13,066 nucleotides of DNA. It comes from Zygophlyctis sp. KS116 (taxonomy: Eukaryota > Fungi > Chytridiomycota). The stretch lies in contig BAAFSQ010000280.1 of assembly GCA_054661495.1 (NCBI GenBank), forward strand, positions 1 to 13,066, in the 5' to 3' direction. This document shows, in pieces, positions 1-7,190 of the stretch. Every line of letters begins with the position of its first letter. The stretch's first letter is position 1. The notes beneath the pieces were generated by a model. It searched no databases, had not been told where the DNA came from, and worked only from the letters and a program-made list of their open reading frames with translations. The translations under genes were made by a program, and so were the position numbers.

Positions 1-159
1 ATCGAGTAAATTTTGTTGGTTCTTATCAAGATGCAATTTTTTGTAGACAATTCGGACATGTCAATATTTGTCTACTTTTAAGATTTTTGTCCATTTTTGA
101 CTTGGTCTGATTACACAAGACTACAAAATTTGGTATCCTGATCAGATTTTTTAATCAAA

Positions 160-383
160 ATGTTTGCGATTATTGGTATGGTATTTAAATCATTAGTTCC
201 TTTTGCGATGTCTACTTTTGGAATAATAGTTCCTGGTATGGGAACTTTACATGCATCTTATGCTGCAGGTGGGTTTGCAGCTTTTTTACAAAGGGCAACA
301 ACTTATTTACTCTCTTTCGGGCTATGATAGTTGGATCTATTGGCGCAGTTTATGGCCTTGTTTCCAGAAGAAGATGGTGTTAA
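160..383 (+). pseudogene. Frameshifted paralog of the small hydrophobic gene at 1212-1532
   Basis: ATG160 reads MFAIIGMVFKSLVPFAMSTFGIIVPGMGTLHASYAAGGFAAFLQRATTYLLSFGL then TGA at 325-327. It aligns to the 1212 ORF. One G is missing at about 319-321 (TTCGGGCT vs GTCGGGGCT); restoring it gives GAMIVGSIGAVYGLVSRRRWC* ending at 383. The charged N-terminal segment of the intact copy is absent. Confidence 0.8.
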
Positions 384-407
384 TCTCAAATTTTTAGTCG
401 TAAAAAG

Positions 408-479
408 TTAAAGTCTTTTAAATTCCAAAACCTTTGATGAAAGATTTGAGCATCCTAGTTCTGATAATTTAACATAAGC
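408..479 (-). pseudogene. Duplicated fragment of the cytochrome c peroxidase 3' end (last 23 codons plus stop)
   Basis: Identical to 1557-1628; encodes [23 protein letters not shown]. Confidence 0.9.
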
Positions 480-1030
480 TCCAAAAAGTCCAAAACGGTG
501 AAAATTCCCCTTACTGGCTGTGATGGGATTCAATGACATGAGTTGATCTGACTTGCATTAGTCTTGAATGAGTTTGTATGAATGGTATCTACTATATATA
601 CATGGCTCACTAAGCAGAATTAAGAATGACCATTCTCGTCGGATATATGTTTTGCGCTACCTATCATCGCCACATGTATTTCTGATATGTAATTTTTAAC
701 ATTTTTTTATTTACTTTGCAAATAAGTTCTCATTGAATGATCTGCGCAAAGGAATACTGTCGACTTTTCCCTCTTTCATCCCAATCAATGCTTCATCTTT
801 GGCCTTGGCTTCAGCTTTAGAATCATCAATTAAAAAGTAATGAGGCGCCCAGCTAATAGCTATTTTACGGATGAATTTAAGACCCATTTTATTAGAACTG
901 GTGTTTTCGAATTTCACTAGAAAATGAGCGCCAGATATCCAGGAACTAAAATAGTTTCCAGTTACGATTAGAAGTCTGATGGTGGCATCCATTAAAACCA
1001 GGGGCCAAACTTATTATTTAGCCCAACAAC
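480..1030 (-). mobile_element. Decayed Mutator-like (MULE) DDE transposase relic
   Basis: Across frameshifts the minus strand gives, in order: LVLMDAT-HQTSNRNWKLF (about 1001-948, first D), SWISGAHFL, WAPHYFLIDDSKAEAKA (second D), LCADHSMRT (about 751-725, CxxH) and THVIESHHSQ (about 543-514, E). This is the MULE catalytic motif order. Stops, frameshifts and deletions are present, no terminal inverted repeats or target-site duplication are seen, and the boundaries are approximate. Confidence 0.8.
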
Positions 1031-1109
1031 ATCAATCTTCCCCTATAATTTGAGATACATGCGCACAACTATCATCAAGCCCATTTCAATCGATTAAACA
1101 AGTGATAAT

Positions 1110-1628
1110 TTGGTTCTTATGAAGATGCAATTTTTTGTAGACAATTTCGGACATGTCATTATTTAAGATTTTTGTCCATTTTTGTCCTCTAATCAGATTT
1201 TTTTCATCAGAATGGCAAAAAGATATCGTAAAAAGAAATATAGAGATTCGGATTGGGATGATTCAGACTCGGATGATCTCGTCCCTATGGTAGTTGGTTG
1301 TGTGGCTGGGGCTCCAGTGATTGGTATGGTAGCAAGAAAATTAGTTCCTCATGTAATGTCTGCTTTTGGGGATATTGTTCCTGGTATAGGAACTTTACAT
1401 GCATCTTATGCTGCAGGAGGCTTGGCGGCTTCTTTACAAGTGGCATCAGCTCATTTACTCTCTGTCGGGGCTGTTGTGGTCGGAACTGTAGGCGCAGTTT
1501 ATGGCCTTGTTTCCAGAAGAAGATGGTGTTAATCTCAAATTTTTAGTCGTAAAAAGTTAAAGTCTTTTAAATTCCAAAACCTTTGATGAAAGATTTGAGC
1601 ATCCTAGTTCTGATAATTTAACATAAGC
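1110..1628 (+). repeat. Direct duplication, copy B (intact locus)
   Basis: Partner of 16-479; contains the intact small gene and the real CCP1 3' end. Confidence 0.9.
1212..1532 (+). CDS. 106-aa small Gly/Ala/Val-rich membrane protein, possibly IFI27/ISG12 (Ifi-6-16)-like
   Basis: ATG1212 lies in the AGAATG context that aligns with the paralog's AAAATG; the track's 1182 start is a TTG. The protein has a basic-then-acidic N-terminus (KRYRKKKYRDSDWDDSDSDD), hydrophobic segments, VMSAFG...AAGGLAASLQ and a basic tail RRRWC. Changes versus the paralog include synonymous and conservative ones, which supports coding status. The family assignment is tentative. Confidence 0.7.
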   Translation: MAKRYRKKKYRDSDWDDSDSDDLVPMVVGCVAGAPVIGMVARKLVPHVMSAFGDIVPGIGTLHASYAAGGLAASLQVASAHLLSVGAVVVGTVGAVYGLVSRRRWC

Positions 1629-2616
1629 CTTTGCAAAATCTTTGAAAAATAGCGATTCATCTTTTGCATAAGACTCTGCAATAGTCTTGAATGCAGAATC
1701 TTTTAAAAGTATCATATCAGTAGGAAGCATCATTAAAGATTTTGACTCATCTTCATATTGAGTAGGCCCGTTCCATTTTTTAACAGTCCATTTCTTCTCC
1801 AACAATTCCTTGTAATAGCCATTACTAAATGTAGTTGGAGAAAATCTAAATTTTAAAGAAAAAGAACATACGTCCATGGTCCTTCAAACCCAGATCTATC
1901 TGTATGACATCTACCAACAGCATGAGCTCCAAGCAATGCTACAATCTCTTGATCATTAAACCCCATTCTAACTATTAAGTTTTATAATATACCGATTAAA
2001 AACATCTCGGACATGTCTTGCATCTTTTGTAGCATCAGGTAATCTTCCATCTTGTACCATTAAAAAAAGAAAAAATACCTGGAGTACAATTATCCTCATC
2101 TGCATCTTCTCTTCCAGATCTCCATGGAATAGTAGGACCACCCTTTTAAATTTTAATAAATCTAAATACCATTTCCTGTATTGCCGCTACACCTCCAATA
2201 GACCATAAATCAGAATAAGAAATCCAAGAATATTTCTTTTTTACATCTTGTAAAATATCTCGTGCCAAACTTAAACCTGCATTTGCGCCATGCCCAGATT
2301 CCGGTTTAAATCTCATAGTAGCACCTTGAGACCCACCAGTCTTTGTTTTATCATCCCAAGTCCCTGCCGTATGCCATGCTAATCTCAACAGCAGCGGAGC
2401 CATGGATCCATCATCATAATCAGTATTGTCCAGTTTACGTGCAATTTCATTATAAACTAGGTCATATTTTCCATTGGAATATATAGTAAACAGATCATCA
2501 TAAAAATAGTATCCAGCAGGTCCTAGAACTCCAAAAACTATAAATGGAATTTTTGAAATTGACTTGAGAGAAGACGCAGAAGAGCTACTAAATCCAACTC
2601 TAAACAATTTGATCAT
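1557..2616 (-). CDS. CCP1: Mitochondrial cytochrome c peroxidase (class I heme peroxidase), 317 aa; exons 2616-2170, 2142-2079, 2050-1993, 1967-1872, 1845-1557
   Basis: Motifs: distal [40 protein letters not shown], proximal [16 protein letters not shown] (Trp191 equivalent) and MMLPTD. The N-terminus has a Ser/basic presequence plus a hydrophobic segment. Four GT-AG introns (27, 28, 25, 26 nt) restore a 954-nt frame. Confidence 0.95.
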
Positions 2617-2706
2617 TTCTAGTCTTAGATCAAGGTTTGACTGATTGTAATTTGAGGTTTAAACAAGGGTTGTGTGTACAAAAAATTTAAATTTTTTTTT
2701 TTGAAA
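2617..2706. promoter_or_regulatory. Putative 90-bp bidirectional promoter (CCP1 / LARP1-like)
   Basis: Divergent ATGs at 2616 (-) and 2707 (+). Contains the palindromes GTTTAAAC (2657-2664) and AAAAAATTTAAATTTTTT (2680-2697) and a T11 run. Confidence 0.6.
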
Positions 2707-5202
2707 ATGTCAAATTCATCTTGGGCTAAACTCGTTTCTAACAGTAATTTTTACATTTCTCACCCTAGATTCTTCTGCAGACTCTCAAGATCAGAATCCA
2801 TGGAAAAAAGTTGAAGTTCAAAAAAAAAGATCTTTAAAGAAATCTGAACCCGCACAACCTGTAAGTTTATCACAATTTTCTTTCTATTCTCTGTAAATCT
2901 CATTCTTAGACAATCTCTCCAGTTGAAAACAGTGAACCCAAGGAATCTTCCCAGGCTGTGGAGTCTGTGGAATCTTCCCAGGCTGTGGAGTCTAAAGTTG
3001 TCGGAGTCTCTTCTAAAGATCCCAAAGTTCCTACGCATGCTCGTCTTACAAGCACCAGCACGACAGATTCGAAAAAAGTGCATTCACCTGCAAAGGTAAT
3101 TTTTTTTATGATTTTGGAGAAATTTCAAAAGAAAACTTACAATTTCTCTAAAAATCCTTTTATAATACTAACTAATAGATTGTTCATACTCATGCTAGAT
3201 CAGAAAATGTAGACACTGCTGTTGATAGCAAAAAATCAACTATAGATCCATTTCCATTAGTTGCTTCGTGGCCTTCTCTAGAAGCCGCTTCTAATGTAGA
3301 AAATGCTGAAAAAGAAAAATCAAAGAGTTTCGCTCCTCAATCACCTGTGCCATCTGTGAGTGGAGATGGTGAGATATTGGTATTGGAAAAAGGGAAGAAA
3401 TGGTCAAAATTACCAGTTCAAATAAGATATAATCCTCCCAATAGTAAAAATACTAGAAATAGTAGAGACAAATCAAGTCACGGGAAAAAGACTAGTCAGC
3501 ATTTTGCGCCACAATCAACTGTGCCACAAGGTGATAAACCTAAACATTTTAAAAAGAATTTGCGTCAAGGTGCGGCTGATGCTTCTTTCAATGATAATGC
3601 CAGCACTCAATCAAATCAATCTTCTACTATTGGAAGACCTTTTAATAATCGTCCTTTTTCTCATGGATTTCAGAATAGAAATACAAATGCTCGAAAGTCC
3701 CGTGATGGAAATTTAGGAAATTCGAATTCATTCAATGGCAATATGGTTCAACAAGCAGATCAAATCCCTTATTTTTATACTTATTATCAGCCAGTTATAG
3801 CTGGAGGTGCTCCACCTATGGTTCCTGCCCCTTTTATTGATCCTAATGAGCAGGATCCTTCAAACTCTTTAGAAATGGTGAAAATGTGGATTCGTGGACA
3901 AATGTAGGATTTTTTAAAGACTAAGTTTAGTGAATATTACTATTCAGTTGAAAATCTTTTGCGTGATACTTACTTCAGAAAGCAAATGAACTCATCTCAT
4001 GGTGGGGTTCCTTTAAGTGTTATTGCAGGATTTAATCGTGTCAAATCTCTTCTTGAATATGCAAAACCCTACTATAGTTACTTCCGTAATGAAGAAGATG
4101 AATCTGCGCAAGTTGATCCTGAAGATTTGAAGGAATGGCTCGAAAGCGTGTTAAAGTCATCAATTGAATCAAGCACATATTTGCATCTAATTAATGATTC
4201 TGACAAAACATTTGTTGGTATCAAAGAAGGCTGGGAGTATTGGATTGTGGCTGATTATCCTATTAGCCCCACTAAGACTGCATCTGACTCATATATGTCT
4301 GCTGGTGTATCGGGAAAAGTCAACGAGGAAACTTTTAATGGGCACAAGGTTTCCTCATTAAACAATTCACAAGTAGAAGCAAGATATAATGCGTCTTCTT
4401 TAAATGTGCCCTTAAAAGATCAAGCATCAGCGCCTGTTTGTATGCCAAGTCCACCGGTCACCCCTTCTAACTTTCGCGCATTTTCATGCGAACCACCGAA
4501 TGGCGAATCTTTTGCATTACAAGATACTTTAACAGATGCTGATTTGGAAAATTTCACTTTGGTGATTCCATCTGGGTCGATGCAAGTTGATTCTCACCAA
4601 GCTGAATGGTTGAACCAAGGGCTTTTAATGTTGGAAAAAAAGATGAACGGGAAGAATCCCAGTTTACCTTTGCTAGATCAAACACCTCGTTTTTGGGCGT
4701 CCTCTTCAAATAAAGAATCTCTTCCCTTGGGCTGGTACTGGATGTCAAATCAATCCTCTAGTTCTGACAGTAATGATCTTGAAGATTTGCCTAATTTTGA
4801 TCATCCAAGTTGTCGATTTTTTAAGGATTGTGAATTTGCAAAGACGAAATACAGTGCATACTGCAAAAATGTTATTTCTGGTAAGAAGTTTTATAGATTA
4901 ATTATATAGAACTTGAAAATACTGGCAATGTATCCGGGAACACAAAAACAGTGCTCTATACGTTTTGGTCATGTTTGCTTCAAAGCCAGTTTAATGCTGC
5001 AGCGTATCATCTATTTAGAGAAATGGCATTCAATGATGCGAGAAATGGTAACAAAAATGGAATTGAATTGTTATGTCGCATATTTTCTAAGCGAATCTCT
5101 ACTGAAGACAATGAGCAAGTTAAATCAGATCTCATGAAGGAACTGGATGAAGTGAAACAGTTATTTTCACTTGAATCTAACATTGTGCATGTTGGTCATT
5201 AG
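2707..5202 (+). CDS. LARP1: La-related protein, LARP1 family (La motif plus degenerate DM15), about 760 aa; exons 2707-2743, 2769-2860, 2910-3095, 3179-3903, 3931-4880, 4910-5202
   Basis: Spliced La motif IRGQIEYYYSVENLLRDTYFRKQM...VPLSVIAGFNRVK; DM15-like FDHPS...LYTFWSCLLQSQFN...FREMAFND; WPSL and KGKKW motifs. Introns of 25, 49, 83, 27 and 29 nt keep the frame (2283 nt). The first three exons rest on splice signals and frame only. Confidence 0.85.
2942..2993 (+). repeat. Coding tandem repeat, period 27 nt, about 2 copies (ESSQAVES x2)
   Basis: GGAATCTTCCCAGGCTGTGGAGTCT at 2942-2966 and 2969-2993, identical. Confidence 0.95.
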
Positions 5203-5465
5203 AATTAATGATAAGGATAATATCTATTTTCTCAAATTATCAACATAACTCTAAAGATATGCAATATTAGATTACTTCCTAATAAATGACGACTATATTA
5301 CGTACACTTTTATCTCAAATTTAAGAAACTGAACCCCGAACAATCAACAGCTCTCAATCGTTATTACAAAATCACATATGACTTAAAATTTTACGATTGC
5401 GCCTGCGATCAAGACTGCGATAAAGTCTGTGCGAATGGCAACGGTTGCGTTGAAAATCGAGAAAA

Positions 5466-6057
5466 ATGTCGTCGCCGGTAAATTCAAAAATGTTTAATTA
5501 TTTAGATTCTCAACATGGCTCTTGTATTGGGTCTGGTGCAGGTTGCTAACCGTTTAAAATTAGATGAACCTGAAAACGTCGATTATATAAGACTTGCTTA
5601 TGCGTCTTCCCTCGTAATTCAATTGTTTATCATGGGATATATGTTTTCTAAAATACAAAAGAAAAATGATACTACAAAATTAGTATATTCAGAACCTCCT
5701 TCTCCGTATGGAAATGCTGAACCAGAACAGGTTGAAACTACTGTAAAGGATTATGATCAATCGCAATTGAAGTCTGCAATGTCACAATGGGCTCTATCAT
5801 TGGTAATAATACTAGTTATGCACGGATATTGGGGATATATTCGTCCTCTAACACTTCAAGTTGTATTGGGAATTAAAACTGTATTATCTACTCCTCTTGC
5901 TCAGATTTATGTATTGGGAAAAGAAGCTACTGGAAGTCTATCAAGACCATTTAAAGTCCCTTCACCATTTGGAATGGATCAACCTCAAACTACTGAAAAG
6001 GAAGAAAAGGCAAAAGCTAAAAAGGACTTGAAAAAGAAGATTAATCGTTATGATTAA
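5466..6057 (+). CDS. PHO88: Pho88/Snd3 ER membrane protein, 187 aa; exons 5466-5477 and 5506-6057
   Basis: Motifs KKNDTTKLVYSEP, TTVKDYD, ILVMHGYWGYIRPL and ATGSLSRPFK are typical of the PHO88 family. A 28-nt GT-AG intron (5478-5505) joins MSSP to ILNMALVLG in frame. Confidence 0.9.
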
Positions 6058-6084
6058 ATAGATTTATAATCTTTTTCAAAATTT

Positions 6085-7089
6085 CTAAAGTCCATACTCT
6101 AATGTTAATTTACATGAAAGATTCAACATTTCAATTCCTTTTAAAGTAATAGAACAACCGTGACATTTGAGATTTACAAGACATTTGTTTGAATGAATTG
6201 ATAATGCTTGAAGAGAAACATCTGTAATTCCAAAACAAAAATTTACTGAAAGACTTTCAAGGTTTTTACAGTGTCTAGATATAGCATAAATTCCATTATC
6301 AGTTAAATTTAAACATCCATCTAAATTTAAATTAAATAAGAAAGGACATGATGCAGATATCCATGATAAACCTTCATCAGAAATCTCGGTGTGAGTTAAA
6401 ACCAGACTTTCCAAAATACAAGAAATTGGTTTTCCCCAAGGATCACCATTAGATCCACAATATGATAAATTAAGATGCTTTAGTTTTGGAGAATTTTTTA
6501 GAATTGATTTAAGTGAATTTAGAGAAATTGAAGAACATTCAAGATTTAAATAAACTAATTCAGTTAGTTCAGAGCAAACTATTCCTATCAATGAATCAGT
6601 AACAGTTGTTCCCTCTAGCCTTAGATAAGTTAATGAAGGCGTGTATTTAGATAACATTGATATAAGCATATTAGATCCTTGAGGACAACCAATCAATGAA
6701 AATTCAAGTAAATTAGGAACAGATTCTAGTAAAATTTGTAAATCGCCCATCAGTAGATCATTTGAAACAGACTCATCTAATAATAATTTTTTCACATACT
6801 TTGAATATTGATAATGCAGTAATTTCCGTTTCATCGTTTGCACAAATTTGTAAAAGCTTTTACAAGATTTAAATTCAGGCTTATGATATACCTGTTGTAC
6901 AATTGACAATGACCATGATTTACAAGTTAGCAACAGATTAATTAATTCAGTTCCATTCAGATATTTAACAAGACCCTTGACAAAATTTGGATCTAGATGG
7001 CGGGATTGTAGAGTTATTAAAGTTTGCGGACGCTGGCTTTTGTAATGCATATCTCTCTTGAGCGACGATAAGATCGCCCACGGAAGCAT
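6085..7089 (-). CDS. F-box / leucine-rich repeat protein (FBXL/Grr1-like SCF adaptor), 334 aa
   Basis: Degenerate F-box (LDPNFVKGLVKYLNGTELINLLLTCKSW...VYHKP) followed by cysteine-containing LRRs (LNLDGCLNLTDNGI, LSVNFCFGITDVSL). Single open frame. Confidence 0.85.
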   Translation of the reverse strand: MLPWAILSSLKRDMHYKSQRPQTLITLQSRHLDPNFVKGLVKYLNGTELINLLLTCKSWSLSIVQQVYHKPEFKSCKSFYKFVQTMKRKLLHYQYSKYVKKLLLDESVSNDLLMGDLQILLESVPNLLEFSLIGCPQGSNMLISMLSKYTPSLTYLRLEGTTVTDSLIGIVCSELTELVYLNLECSSISLNSLKSILKNSPKLKHLNLSYCGSNGDPWGKPISCILESLVLTHTEISDEGLSWISASCPFLFNLNLDGCLNLTDNGIYAISRHCKNLESLSVNFCFGITDVSLQALSIHSNKCLVNLKCHGCSITLKGIEMLNLSCKLTLEYGL

Positions 7090-7190
7090 TTCTAGGGTCT
7101 GGTGGGCTGGTCAAGTCTCAAGTCCGAATAAGTCTGCTATGTGCATTATTTACATTCTTTAATTTTGACAGAATTAGAGCAATAATATGA

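Larger units (their letters stand above)
16..479 (+). repeat. Direct duplication, copy A (partner about 1110-1628); 342-479 identical to 1491-1628
   Basis: Manual alignment: the upstream region and 5' coding part are diverged with indels, and the last 138 bp are identical. Homology may extend left of the window. Confidence 0.95.

Noticed and set aside
1139-1158. AGACAATTTC GGACATGTCA resembles two p53 half-sites
   Set aside because: Mismatches in both decamers, GGACATGTC also occurs inside CCP1 coding sequence (about 2009-2017), and nothing here indicates a p53-family factor.
1298-1546. 82-aa Cys-rich ORF
   Set aside because: Alternate frame of the Gly/Ala/Val-rich gene; the Cys residues come from shifted GTT/GCT codon runs, the start is GTG, and paralog conservation follows the other frame.
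1557-1568. C-terminal KRL of CCP1 as a peroxisomal PTS1
   Set aside because: Non-canonical first residue, and the protein has a clear mitochondrial-type N-terminus.
2893-2909. Possible 17-nt intron from an internal GTAAAT donor
   Set aside because: Far below the observed size range and shifts the frame; the 49-nt intron with a GTAAGT donor explains the region.
2942-2993. Direct repeat as a CRISPR-like or mobile signature
   Set aside because: Two adjacent in-frame copies in a eukaryotic exon with no spacer; ordinary slippage.
2760-3083. 107-aa antisense ORF with an RLHSLGRF repeat
   Set aside because: Shadow of LARP1-like exons and their 27-nt tandem repeat; no independent evidence.
3504-5137. 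Short ORFs 3504-3716, 4554-4748 and 4913-5137
   Set aside because: Off-frame or antisense to the LARP1-like CDS, with no motifs.
5286-5332. ATGACGA...CTGA as C/D snoRNA boxes
   Set aside because: Too short, imperfect C box, and no terminal stem or recognisable guide.
5412-5428. 5-bp stem with 7-nt loop resembling an anticodon arm
   Set aside because: No U33, no TTCG T-loop and no acceptor stem; not a tRNA.
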